Shown here piece by piece: positions 55,513-64,000 of a stretch of 64,000 bases of DNA. Every line of letters starts with the position of its first letter. The first letter of the stretch is position 1. The stretch is from Candidatus Omnitrophota bacterium (GTDB lineage Bacteria > Omnitrophota > Gorgyraeia > Gygaellales > Profunditerraquicolaceae). The notes beneath the pieces were generated by a model. That model had not been told where the DNA came from. It was given only the letters and a program-made list of their open reading frames with translations, and ran no database searches. The stretch spans positions 7,121 to 71,120 of the forward strand of contig JBAZNT010000008.1 in NCBI GenBank assembly GCA_041649115.1, in the 5' to 3' direction. The translations under genes were made by a program, and so were the position numbers.

Positions 55513-56573
55513 TCTAATACCTCCTCAATAACCCCCCCTCCTACTACGCGTTCCTTATCGTAGAATACCGCGGACTGCCCGGGGGTAATGGCAAATACCG
55601 GTTCTCCAAGTAAAACTCTCGCCTTATCTTTAAAGGGCTCTAGATCGGCTGATACCTCAGGCGTAAGGTATCTCACCCTCACCCCAAGGCGCCTCTTGTG
55701 TTTCGGGGCGCCTGACGGAAAAACCAAATCCTTTACAATGAATCTCCTGCGGTAAAGCCCCCGCCTATTTGAAACCCGTATTATATTGTCGGCGGCATCT
55801 ATGTCTGAGACATACACCGGGCATCCGCAGGAAATCCCCAGGCCTTCCCTCTGTCCGATGGTGTAAAGAGCTATCCCCTGATGGGTGCCGATAACATTGC
55901 CTTTATCATCCAGGATCCTGCCGGGCCTAAATAAAGAAGGCCTAATGCGCTCCTTAAGAAAAATACGGTAGTTGCGCGGTATGAAGCATATCTCCTGGCT
56001 CTCTTTTTTTTCGGCCACCCCGAGCTTCATCCTCTTTGCCAGTTTTTTAACGGCGTCCTTGGTGTACCCGCCGAGCGGGAATATGATACGCCTTAATCTC
56101 TCCTGATTAAAGCGGTAGAGAAAATAAGACTGATCCTTCTTTTTATCTCTGGCCTTAAGGAGATGGTAGCTGCCGTTCTTTATTATCCTGGCGTAATGAC
56201 CGGTAGCCAGATAATCGGCTTCCAGCGCCATCGCCTTTTTCAAAAGAGCTCCGAATTTAATAAACTCGTTGCATCGCACGCAGGGGTTAGGAGTACGGCC
56301 GCCCCGGTACTCCCGTATAAAATCGGCAATAACCTCATTCTCCATCTCCCTGCTAAAATTAAGGACGTAATGCCTGATGCCCAGCAGGGCGCTTACGCGG
56401 CGGGCATCCGTAATGGCAGATGCGCCGCAGCAACGCGGCTCGCCGCGATGGTGGTCGGGGAGGTTAAAGCACATCGTAACCCCGACAACATCGTATCCCT
56501 TTTTTAGAAGCAACGCGGCGGCAACAGACGAATCTACCCCTCCGCTCATCGCAACTACAACCTTCTTCTTCAT
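55509..56573 (-). CDS. mnmA: tRNA 2-thiouridine(34) synthase
   Basis: 354 aa with PP-loop VAMSGGVDSSVAA, catalytic cysteines, and DQSYFL. Confidence 0.9.
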   Translation of the reverse strand: MKKKVVVAMSGGVDSSVAAALLLKKGYDVVGVTMCFNLPDHHRGEPRCCGASAITDARRVSALLGIRHYVLNFSREMENEVIADFIREYRGGRTPNPCVRCNEFIKFGALLKKAMALEADYLATGHYARIIKNGSYHLLKARDKKKDQSYFLYRFNQERLRRIIFPLGGYTKDAVKKLAKRMKLGVAEKKESQEICFIPRNYRIFLKERIRPSLFRPGRILDDKGNVIGTHQGIALYTIGQREGLGISCGCPVYVSDIDAADNIIRVSNRRGLYRRRFIVKDLVFPSGAPKHKRRLGVRVRYLTPEVSADLEPFKDKARVLLGEPVFAITPGQSAVFYDKERVVGGGVIEEVLD

Positions 56574-56611
56574 TCTGTACCCTTTTAGTTGAACCGCCTG
56601 CCGCAGGTAAT

Positions 56612-56639
56612 ATTATAATTGCTGCGCCCCAAATATCAA
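56612..56639 (-). promoter_or_regulatory. Putative promoter of mnmA-nifS-nifU
   Basis: On the minus strand: TTGATA (56639-56634), 16-nt spacer, TATAAT (56617-56612). Confidence 0.4.
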
Positions 56640-56647
56640 CTATTTAC

Positions 56648-56720
56648 AGGGACGGTTCTCAACTGCGGTTAAAAGTGTCCCCTGGGGGGACAGTTTTAAC
56701 CGTGCTTCAGAACCGTCCCT
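56648..56720. repeat. Type-B nested palindromic repeat (73 nt)
   Basis: Same outer inverted repeat AGGGACGGTTCT/AGAACCGTCCCT as type A. The inner 17-bp stem is CGGTTAAAAGTGTCCCC-TGG-GGGGACAGTTTTAACCG with 1 mismatch. Overlaps the metW stop by 2 nt. Confidence 0.85.
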
Positions 56721-57312
56721 ACTTTGAGAGGAGGAAGATGGCGAGGTTGGCCAAGAGATTAGGCAGCAGCAATACCCTCCATCTCTCCCCCAGGCATATA
56801 CTGCGGATGATGCGCGCATCCCGTGATTTGCAGTAATTCCTGAAATCTGAAATACTCAAGAAATGGACATTAGGGCTCTCAAACCAGTTATAAGGAAGTG
56901 AGGGGGTAACCGGCGCCTTACCTCCGAAGAAAAGCTGCAGCCTCGCCTTGTAATGCGCAAAGTTCGGCAGCCCTACTATAACCCTCCTGCCTACTCTCAG
57001 GGCATCCTTAAAAACGCTGTCAAAGTGCCTCAATTGCTGCAGGCTCTGGTTGAGGACCACGTAATCAAAGGACTTATCGGCATACTCCGAAAGCCCGCTG
57101 TCAATGTCCCCGTGTAAAACGCTTAAGCCCCTGGCAACGCACTCATAGACTGCATTCTCGTCTATCTCAATACCCTGGCAACGACAGTCCTTTTCTTTAA
57201 TCAGGATACCCATCAGCTCTCCTCTGCCGCAACCAAGGTCCAGGACAGACGCCTGCCCTCTGATTAGCTCCAATATCGCCCTGTGGTCAATAGGAATACC
57301 TCTGTAGTCCAT
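56719..57312 (-). CDS. metW: Methionine biosynthesis protein MetW
   Basis: 197 aa with a SAM-methyltransferase-like fold (VLDLGCGRGELM). Directly follows metX. Confidence 0.8.
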   Translation of the reverse strand: MDYRGIPIDHRAILELIRGQASVLDLGCGRGELMGILIKEKDCRCQGIEIDENAVYECVARGLSVLHGDIDSGLSEYADKSFDYVVLNQSLQQLRHFDSVFKDALRVGRRVIVGLPNFAHYKARLQLFFGGKAPVTPSLPYNWFESPNVHFLSISDFRNYCKSRDARIIRSICLGERWRVLLLPNLLANLAIFLLSK

Positions 57313-57315
57313 ATA

Positions 57316-58458
57316 TTATCGCACCCTGGCGCCGTAACCGTAGAACGCCTTTTTCAAGAAATGCCTTATGAGGTGCGTCTCCTCCTTTGTCTCAAGCAAA
57401 AAAGCATCGTGCCCGTAAGCGGAATCGACTTCGCAATAAGTCGTTTCCAGGCCAGCCAGTTTTGCGGCCTTGACAATCTCCTTGGACTGATAGGACGGGT
57501 ATAGCCAGTCTGATTTAAAGGCAATTACCAGAAGCCGCGCCTTAACCCCCTTAAAGAGGCTCTGGATCGTGCCGCCCTCAAGGAGATTGAAGTTATCCAT
57601 GGCCTTGGTAATATAAAGGTAAGAATTGGCGTCAAACCTCTTTACGAAATTATCGCCGCGGTAATGCAGATACCCCTCCACCTCAAAGTCAGCCGTGAAC
57701 TTAAAAGGCCGGGGATCTTTTTTCTTAAGCCTGCCGAACTTCTTCTCCATCGACTGGTCGCTCATATAAGTAATGTGCCCGATCATCCTGGCAAGGGACA
57801 ACCCCCTTGCAGGGGGCGTGCTGCCGTAATAATCGCCACTCCTCCAGCAGGGGTCAGCTATGATCGCCTGTCTGCCCACTTCATTAAATGCGATCTGCTG
57901 CGGAGAGTGCTTCAGGGAGGTGGCGATCGGTATGGCGCTACGCAACCTTCCGGGGTAGGCAACGAGCCAGGCCAAGACCTGCATCCCGCCCATCGAACCT
58001 CCGGCAACAGATAACAATTTATCGATACCCAGATAATCAATGAGTTCCTTCTGGGCGTTGACCATATCGCGTATGGTAACCGAGGGGAAAGACAGGCCGT
58101 AGGGCTTTTTGGTTTTAGGGTTGGCGCTGGAAGGGCCGCTGGAGCCCCGGCATCCTCCCAAGACGTTGGAACAGATGATAAAATATTTATCGGTGTCAAA
58201 TGCCTTGCCCGGCCCGATCATATTATCCCACCACCCAAGCCTGCTTCCGCCATCCGATAAACCTGCGGCGTGTGCATCTCCGGAAAGGGCATGCGCGATA
58301 AGGATAGCGTTGGTCTTATCGCTGTTAAGATACCCGTATGTCTCGTAGGCGAGCGTAACGGGGCTGAGGCCCTCCCCGCACTCAAGCTTAAACCCCTGGC
58401 CGGAGCCGGCAAAAGTGAATTCCTGCGCCTTGACTAAACCTAATGTCTTCTCTTGCAT
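57316..58458 (-). CDS. metX: Homoserine O-acetyltransferase
   Basis: 380 aa, alpha/beta hydrolase with GGSMGGMQ and HDAFL motifs. Confidence 0.9.
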   Translation of the reverse strand: MQEKTLGLVKAQEFTFAGSGQGFKLECGEGLSPVTLAYETYGYLNSDKTNAILIAHALSGDAHAAGLSDGGSRLGWWDNMIGPGKAFDTDKYFIICSNVLGGCRGSSGPSSANPKTKKPYGLSFPSVTIRDMVNAQKELIDYLGIDKLLSVAGGSMGGMQVLAWLVAYPGRLRSAIPIATSLKHSPQQIAFNEVGRQAIIADPCWRSGDYYGSTPPARGLSLARMIGHITYMSDQSMEKKFGRLKKKDPRPFKFTADFEVEGYLHYRGDNFVKRFDANSYLYITKAMDNFNLLEGGTIQSLFKGVKARLLVIAFKSDWLYPSYQSKEIVKAAKLAGLETTYCEVDSAYGHDAFLLETKEETHLIRHFLKKAFYGYGARVR

Positions 58459-58461
58459 CGC

Positions 58462-59394
58462 TTAAAGATACTCCTGGAATAACCATGTTGAAAGATACCG
58501 CTCTCCGGTATCGGGCAGAATTACCACGATGTTCTTTCCTGCCGAATCCCTGCGCCTGGCAACCTCCAGGGCAGCCCACATCGCAGCTCCGCTGGAAATC
58601 CCCGCGAATATGCCTTCTTCCCTGGCAAGCCTCCTGGCAATATTACCCGCATCATCGTTGGCAACCGCAATAATCTCGTCGATTATCCCGGTATTTAGAA
58701 CCTGCGGTATAAAACCTGCGCCAATACCCTGTATCATGTGCGAACCGGGCCTGCCTCCGGAAAGCACTGCCGAATCCCTGGGCTCCAGGCCGATAATCCT
58801 GACTGCCGGGTTTCTATCTTTGAGAACTTCTCCTACGCCGGTAATGGTGCCGCCGGTGCCGATACCGGCAATAAAAATATCAACCTTTCCCGCAGTATCA
58901 TTCCAGATCTCCTCAGCGGTTGTACGGCGGTGGGCCTCGGGATTAACAGGATTATTAAATTGCTGAGGCATAAAACTACCCGGGTTCTTCTTCAGTAGTT
59001 CCTCGGCTTTCTCAACTGCACCGCGCATCCCCTTGGCCCCTTCGGTCAAAACCACCTCTGCCCCGAAAATCTTCAACAATTGCCTGCGTTCCACGCTCAT
59101 GGTATCCGGCATGGTCAGGATAATACGGTATCCCTTGGCAGCAGCAGCAAATGCCAGCGCAATGCCGGTGTTGCCGCTGGTCGGCTCAATGATAACCGCA
59201 CCCTTCTTTAATAGCCCCTTCTTCTCCGCTGCCTCTATCATCGCCACGCCTATCCTGTCCTTTATACTGGAGGCGGGATTAAAGAATTCCAGTTTTGCAA
59301 GTATCGTAGCATCCAGCCCCTCCGATAATTTATTTATCTTTACCAACGGGGTTCCTCCGACGGTCTTGGTAATATCGCTAAATATTCCTGGCAT
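58462..59394 (-). CDS. cysK: Cysteine synthase A (O-acetylserine sulfhydrylase)
   Basis: 310 aa with the PLP-lysine region NPASSIKDR and the TSGNTG and GIGTGGT motifs. Confidence 0.9.
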   Translation of the reverse strand: MPGIFSDITKTVGGTPLVKINKLSEGLDATILAKLEFFNPASSIKDRIGVAMIEAAEKKGLLKKGAVIIEPTSGNTGIALAFAAAAKGYRIILTMPDTMSVERRQLLKIFGAEVVLTEGAKGMRGAVEKAEELLKKNPGSFMPQQFNNPVNPEAHRRTTAEEIWNDTAGKVDIFIAGIGTGGTITGVGEVLKDRNPAVRIIGLEPRDSAVLSGGRPGSHMIQGIGAGFIPQVLNTGIIDEIIAVANDDAGNIARRLAREEGIFAGISSGAAMWAALEVARRRDSAGKNIVVILPDTGERYLSTWLFQEYL

Positions 59395-59409
59395 CTTGCC
59401 TCCTGATTT

Positions 59410-60708
59410 TTAAGCGCTGGATTTCTTAAGGGCCTGCCCTATATCCCGGATAATATCATCTACGTTCTCGATACCTACGGATAAACGCACAAAATCCGGC
59501 GTTACGCCTGTTGCAAGCTGTTCCTCGCCTGATAACTGCTGATGGGTGGTAGTTGCCGGATGGATAGCCAGGCTCCTGGCATCCCCGATATTGGCGAGGT
59601 GCGAAACAAGCTCAAGGGAATCAATAAACCTTCTTCCGGCTTCCAGCCCTCCCTTGATGCCAAAACCCACGATTGCCCCTGCTCCTTTCGCAAGATATTT
59701 CTTAGCCCGCTCCTTCTGGGGGCTTGAATCCAAACCGGGGTAATTTACCCAGGAAACCCCGGGGTGATTCTCTAAAAATTCCGCTACTGCCAGCGCATTC
59801 TCGGAATGCCTTATCATCCTAAGGTGCAAGGTCTCCAGCCCCTGAAGGAATAAAAAGGCGTTAAAAGGAGAAAGCGCCGGGCCGATGTCCCTTAACAAGG
59901 TAAGCCTCGCCTTGAGAATGTAGGCGACGTTTCCGAGGTGCCGGAAATCCTGCGCAAAATTTATCCCGTGGTAACTCGGTTCAGGACCGGCAATGCGGGG
60001 GAACTTCCCGCCGGTCCAGTCAAACCTGCCGGAATCTACTATTACTCCTCCGAGAGAGGTGCCGTGCCCGCCGATAAATTTTGTCGCCGAATAAACCGCT
60101 ACATCAACCCCGAAATCAATCGGCCTTAAGAGGTAAGGCGAAACCGTATTGTCAAGGATAAAGGGTATGCCGTTTTTATGCGCCACCTCCGATATGCCCT
60201 CAAGATCCGCTACATCCAGTTTGGGATTTCCTATGGATTCGGCATACACCGCCTTTGTCCCGGGCGTGATAGCCCTGGCAAGAGCCCCTAGATCATTAGA
60301 TTTGACAAACCTCACCTTCACGCCCAGGCGCGCAAAGGTATAATGAAAAAGGGTGTAAGTGCCGCCATAAAGGTTATCCGCAGAAACAATCTCATCCCCT
60401 GCCTGCGCGATATTTAAAAGCGCCAGGCTTATCGCGGATTGGCCGCTGGCTACTGCCAATGCCCCGATGCCTCCGTCCAATAAGCTCATCCTCTTCTCAA
60501 ATACGTCGGTAGTCGGATTCATCAGCCTGGTATAGATGTTCCCGGGCTCCTTCAGGCCAAAGAGGTCTGCCGCATGCTGCGCGCTCTTGAACTGATAGGA
60601 GGCAGTCTGGTAAATCGGCACTGCCCTTGCGCCTGTGGCAAGGTCGGGTTCCTGGCCGCCGTGCAAGAGTATGCTTTCTGTCTTCAGTTTCGAATCAATC
60701 TTGCTCAT
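59410..60708 (-). CDS. metY: O-acetylhomoserine sulfhydrylase
   Basis: 432 aa, Cys/Met-metabolism PLP family ([18 protein letters not shown]). Confidence 0.85.
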   Translation of the reverse strand: MSKIDSKLKTESILLHGGQEPDLATGARAVPIYQTASYQFKSAQHAADLFGLKEPGNIYTRLMNPTTDVFEKRMSLLDGGIGALAVASGQSAISLALLNIAQAGDEIVSADNLYGGTYTLFHYTFARLGVKVRFVKSNDLGALARAITPGTKAVYAESIGNPKLDVADLEGISEVAHKNGIPFILDNTVSPYLLRPIDFGVDVAVYSATKFIGGHGTSLGGVIVDSGRFDWTGGKFPRIAGPEPSYHGINFAQDFRHLGNVAYILKARLTLLRDIGPALSPFNAFLFLQGLETLHLRMIRHSENALAVAEFLENHPGVSWVNYPGLDSSPQKERAKKYLAKGAGAIVGFGIKGGLEAGRRFIDSLELVSHLANIGDARSLAIHPATTTHQQLSGEEQLATGVTPDFVRLSVGIENVDDIIRDIGQALKKSSA

Positions 60709-60720
60709 TGCTATGCTCTC

Positions 60721-61161
60721 CTATATGGCGTAGGTTAGTGCGGACTGTTTCTTCTTAAGTTGATTTACTAAATCCTCGAAAGTAATACTATCAATGATAT
60801 CGGAGGTGGCCTTGGCGACCCTGCCCCAGATACTCTTTAAGATGCAGCGGTAAACATCGCGGCATCCGGAATAGCCGCCCTCAAGGCAACTTATCGGCTC
60901 AACCGGGCCGTCAACAAAACGCACTACATCCCCTAACTTTATCTCGGATGGGGATTTGGCTAAACGGTACCCTCCCACTTTTCCGCGCCTGCTCTCTACA
61001 AACCCTCCTCTTTTTAATCCAAGAAGGACCTGTTCCAGGAATTTTGTAGGCGCGTCAGTTCGCTTGGCCAAATCATTTATAGTCACTACGCTCTCGTCAT
61101 AATGCAGCGCCAGGTCTAAAACTGCCTTTAAAGCATAATCCCCTCTATAAGTAATACGCAT
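60721..61161 (-). CDS. Rrf2-family transcriptional regulator (CymR/IscR-like)
   Basis: 146 aa with an N-terminal wHTH (YALKAVLDLA...) and a cysteine triad region (CLEGGYSGCRDVYRC). Preceded by AAGGAG. Confidence 0.8.
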   Translation of the reverse strand: MRITYRGDYALKAVLDLALHYDESVVTINDLAKRTDAPTKFLEQVLLGLKRGGFVESRRGKVGGYRLAKSPSEIKLGDVVRFVDGPVEPISCLEGGYSGCRDVYRCILKSIWGRVAKATSDIIDSITFEDLVNQLKKKQSALTYAI

Positions 61162-61183
61162 AAATATCTCCTTTGTCTATTAT

Positions 61184-61229
61184 CTCTATTATATTAGTAG
61201 AGTATAAACTATAGCGCTCAATTTGTCAA
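61184..61229 (-). promoter_or_regulatory. Putative rrf2 promoter with a 19-nt imperfect palindrome over the transcription start region
   Basis: On the minus strand: TTGACA (61229-61224), 17-nt spacer, TATACT (61206-61201). The palindrome CTCTACTAATATAATAGAG (61202-61184) has 14 of 19 symmetric positions. Confidence 0.45.
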
Positions 61230-61250
61230 GTAGTTTTTAGGGGAGGGTCT

Positions 61251-61300
61251 AAAAACAAAAAAGCGCACCCCCTTGTTCTCACAAAGGAATGCGCCTTTTT
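61251..61300. terminator. Bidirectional terminator downstream of tRNA-Phe
   Basis: GCGCA...TGCGC stem with an inner CCTTGT/ACAAAGG pairing, flanked by an A/T run on each side (TTTTTTGTTTTT on the minus strand). Confidence 0.65.
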
Positions 61301-61306
61301 ATTAAA

Positions 61307-61378
61307 TGCCGAGGGAGGGAATCGGACCCCCCACGCCGGCCTTTTCAGGGCCGCGCTCTACCACTGAGCTACCTCGGC
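61307..61378 (-). tRNA. tRNA-Phe (anticodon GAA), no encoded CCA
   Basis: The minus strand reads GCCGAGG-TA-GCTC-AGTGGTA-GAGC-G-CGGCC-CTGAAAA-GGCCG-GCGTG-GGGGG-TCCGATT-CCCTC-CCTCGGC-A. The T-loop reads UCCGAUU, with C where U55 is expected. Confidence 0.85.
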
Positions 61379-61496
61379 TTTGTTACTTCCTACATATGGG
61401 TTAGGCGGAAGCTCGCTCTTATTAGCTACTTCCAACCAGTCAAAAGAACGACACAATTCTACCACAAATGGAAAAAATAGCAACCGATTAAAACTG

Positions 61497-61883
61497 CTAC
61501 TTGGCGCCCTCCATAATCCTGACAAAAAGGTCCTCTGCCAGGCCAAGGTTAGGCAAATGATAGCGCCGCGCTGAAACCCTTATCCTGGTAGTGGCGCGGG
61601 TCAAACGCGCCAGCCGGATCCAGACCTCGCTGTTGTCAATCTTCGCCTTCAGGTATCCCCTCGGCGCATCCTCCTCCTCAATAACCCCGCGCATCCTGGC
61701 AACCTCAAGCGCAGAATCCCAGATTCTCTCGTAAGGCGTATCCGTATCCGACTGAATGGTATCCTTGCTGATAGCGTATCCGCCGAGCGCGCCTACCGCC
61801 CCTCCCACTACCAGGGCAGCGCAGCCGCTGATAAAAACACCTAAAAACCCTATCATAAGCAAATAAGCCGCGAGTTTTTTCAT
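61497..61883 (-). CDS. Small lipoprotein, DUF3568-like
   Basis: Start at ATG 61883 (MKKLAAYLLMIGFLGVFISGC), preceded by AAGGAAGGAG. The ORF-track start at 61946 adds 21 unsupported codons. Confidence 0.5.
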   Translation of the reverse strand: MKKLAAYLLMIGFLGVFISGCAALVVGGAVGALGGYAISKDTIQSDTDTPYERIWDSALEVARMRGVIEEEDAPRGYLKAKIDNSEVWIRLARLTRATTRIRVSARRYHLPNLGLAEDLFVRIMEGAK

Positions 61884-61980
61884 TTTATCTCCTTCCTTAA
61901 AAAAACCTTCAAAAAACACAATGCCGCAAGCAATAGTATCACGCACCAGGAAAATGTCAATAACATCACTCCGCCTGCAT

Positions 61981-63549
61981 TCATCCTTTTGCAGCTCCCC
62001 TTATGCGTTTACGCCTCCAGGCAACCTTGACGAGAATCGCCAATACCGCGAATATCAGCACCAGCCCGAGGCGGGTAGCCAGGATGTATGGGCGCGCGGC
62101 AGGAGAAACTCCCTTCATAAAGATGATGGGGAGCCACTCCTGCCATAGCCACATCCCGAGGATAAAAAATAAAAACAGGGGCGTGACGTATTTTATGATG
62201 AATTTGTAGGCCCGGGGAACCCGCATATCCGCTCCCTTATGGATCTCGTCCCAGGCATTCTCCATCCCGAAAACCCAGCCGAAAAGTATAGTTTCAATCG
62301 TGGCAAAGACTACCAGGAAAAACGTCCCGCCCCAAAAATCCAGCTCGTCAAGGACCCCCCTGCCTAAAAAGAATATTACCGGCTGGCAGAGTATAAAAGC
62401 GGTAATCCCGAAAATCCAGGCGGCCTTTTTCCTGTTGATGTTGAATTCGTCTTCCAGGAATGCCACTGCCGGCTGCGCCAGTGAAACAGAGGAAGTCACC
62501 CCTGCCAGAAACAGCAGGAAAAACCAGAAAAAACCCAATATCTGCGAGAGAGGAAGTCTATCCAATACCAAGGGCATAGTCACGAAACCCAGATTAAAAA
62601 CCCCGGAATTGGCGATAGACCTGATATCAAAGGGGCCGAAGAATACGAATGCCGCAGGTATGATGATGCTGGCGCCCAGGATTACCTCGGCAATCTCGTT
62701 GGTGCTGGCAGCGGTTAATCCGGAAAGAACCACGTCGTCACCCTTGGAGAGATAGCTGGCGTAAGTCAGGATTACCCCGATACCGACGCTCAGCGTAAAG
62801 AATATCTGCCCTGCTGCCTCAAGCCACACCTTGGCGGATTTAAGGGCAGAGAGGTCCGGGTTCCATAAGAAACCGAAACCGGCGGCAATGTTCCAGGATG
62901 GCCTGGAAGGATCCGGGGTACCCAGGGAAATAACCCGCAGCATCAGGATTACGGCAAAGATAAATAAAAGCGGCATTGCGAATTTGCAAAACCTCTCTAT
63001 CCCCCCCTTGATGCCGTGATAGATAACGCTTAAGTTGACAATGAAGGTAATGAGAAAAAACAAATACGCCCATGCGAACCCGCTAAAATAAACGTTTTGC
63101 TCAAGCCCCTGAAAGCCGCGCAGGAAAGCCTGCATCTGCGCCTGGTCCGTTGCCCCGGCGTATTTTCCGGAAAGAGCGAAGATGCTGTAGGCCAGCGTCC
63201 AGGATTCAATATAGGTATAGTATATGAATATTACGAGCGGGCCGAAGATTCCGATGATACCGAAATATTTGATGAACCGGTTCTTGCGCCAAACGCTGTG
63301 AAAGATCCCCGGCGCAGTCCCGTGCTCAAACCCTCCCCCGTAACGGCCGAGGGTCCACTCAATCCACATCAAGGGGATACCCAGCAAAAATAAGGAAATG
63401 AAATACGGTATCATGAAGGCCCCTCCGCCGTTGGAGGCAACCTTGGCTGGGAAACGCAGGAAATTCCCCAGGCCGATGGCCGAACCCGCCACCGCCATAA
63501 TGATGCCGAGGCGCGAACCCCAGCTATCCCTCTTTTTTAACCGCGCCAT
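61981..63549 (-). CDS. Sodium-dependent transporter, SNF (neurotransmitter:sodium symporter) family
   Basis: 522 aa. The N-terminal signature WGSRLGIIMAVAGSAIGLGNFLRFP and ~12 TMs. Confidence 0.85.
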   Translation of the reverse strand: MARLKKRDSWGSRLGIIMAVAGSAIGLGNFLRFPAKVASNGGGAFMIPYFISLFLLGIPLMWIEWTLGRYGGGFEHGTAPGIFHSVWRKNRFIKYFGIIGIFGPLVIFIYYTYIESWTLAYSIFALSGKYAGATDQAQMQAFLRGFQGLEQNVYFSGFAWAYLFFLITFIVNLSVIYHGIKGGIERFCKFAMPLLFIFAVILMLRVISLGTPDPSRPSWNIAAGFGFLWNPDLSALKSAKVWLEAAGQIFFTLSVGIGVILTYASYLSKGDDVVLSGLTAASTNEIAEVILGASIIIPAAFVFFGPFDIRSIANSGVFNLGFVTMPLVLDRLPLSQILGFFWFFLLFLAGVTSSVSLAQPAVAFLEDEFNINRKKAAWIFGITAFILCQPVIFFLGRGVLDELDFWGGTFFLVVFATIETILFGWVFGMENAWDEIHKGADMRVPRAYKFIIKYVTPLFLFFILGMWLWQEWLPIIFMKGVSPAARPYILATRLGLVLIFAVLAILVKVAWRRKRIRGAAKG

Positions 63550-63991
63550 AAAACCATTCCTCTAATTCGGATAGGGCACCTGATACCTCAGGGCTCAAGG
63601 CCTCCCCGAACGCAACGCTCTGGGGCTGGATTGCCAAAATTATTATATCTGCTCTTAAATTCTCTTGTAAGTATCCGATTACCATGGAAATTGAGGTATT
63701 GTGCGTAGAGAATAGGTTTGCGGTTTTGGCATCCGTGCCCTCCAGCACCCGGTACTCACCGGCGCTGCCTCCGAAATCCACCGCGTCAATGACGATAACA
63801 TTATCGGGGTTCTCGCGGATAATCTTGCCGAGGTAATTCTCGGGTGTAGTGCCTGCGTCAAAGACCTTGAAATCGATCTTCCCGCACAGGCGGGCAGCCA
63901 GTATTGAGCCTGCGGCATCGTCACGGCGCATCAAGCTGCCTATCCCCAATATTACCGCCTTACCCTTAAGATGAGCCCTTAGGCGTTCCAA
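63524..63991 (-). CDS. Hydrogenase maturation endopeptidase (HycI/HoxM-like)
   Basis: 155 aa with VILGIGSLMRRDDAAGS and IVIDAVD motifs. Overlaps the SNF gene by 26 nt. No hydrogenase structural genes lie inside the window. Confidence 0.6.
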   Translation of the reverse strand: MERLRAHLKGKAVILGIGSLMRRDDAAGSILAARLCGKIDFKVFDAGTTPENYLGKIIRENPDNVIVIDAVDFGGSAGEYRVLEGTDAKTANLFSTHNTSISMVIGYLQENLRADIIILAIQPQSVAFGEALSPEVSGALSELEEWFYGAVKKEG

Positions 63992-64000
63992 GGATTTTGT

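Noticed and set aside
61289-61546. Small ORFs 61289-61480 (+) and 61358-61546 (-)
   Set aside because: They overlap the tRNA-Phe gene and its flanks, and no coding signal is apparent.
63524-63991. Evidence for a hydrogenase operon
   Set aside because: Only the maturation endopeptidase-like gene is visible, and it is followed by an unrelated SNF transporter. Any structural hydrogenase genes would lie beyond the window edge, so nothing can be claimed.

Overview
This 64 kb window looks like core chromosome from an uncultivated diderm bacterium; I cannot determine the lineage from the sequence alone. Outer-membrane and LPS machinery is present (lptF/lptG, lolCD, mlaEFD, and a TolC-MacA-MacB efflux set). 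About 60 tightly packed housekeeping genes are visible, almost all on the minus strand. They include queD-queC-queE-queF, murI and an amidase, smpB, pyrE, comF, alr, tsaB/tsaE, thiL, mtnA, tatD, metG, holB, tmk, cysS, cysE, ispF/ispD, radA, clpC with mcsA/mcsB, ilvE, lysS, htpX and cspA. There is also a sulfur block: rrf2-metY-cysK-metX-metW followed by mnmA-nifS-nifU. I saw two tRNAs (Leu-CAG and Phe-GAA). I saw no CRISPR array, transposase, integrase or recognisable defence cassette. The most unusual feature is the tmRNA gene (ssrA) next to smpB. Its T-loop is interrupted by a roughly 662-nt group I intron carrying a LAGLIDADG homing-endonuclease gene, and that gene is broken, or recoded, at an A8 tract. 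The predicted tmRNA tag is also atypically long and does not end in LAA. Other observations:
- a family of ~75-nt nested palindromic intergenic repeats, one half-copy of which has been absorbed into the queF 3' end;
- a recurrent ACACTKTCCCGA / GGAAAACGTYTCT box pair;
- consensus promoters placed so close to start codons that the mRNAs should be leaderless;
- a terminator-like hairpin inside the cspA leader;
- two odd protein architectures (a Maf-M48 in-frame fusion, and a Trx-like + CcdA + DUF1573 protein);
- Firmicute-like gene order around mcsAB-clpC ... cysS and tmk ... metG-tatD.
All protein calls rest on motifs I recognised by eye in the supplied ORF translations. No database search or RNA covariance model was run.
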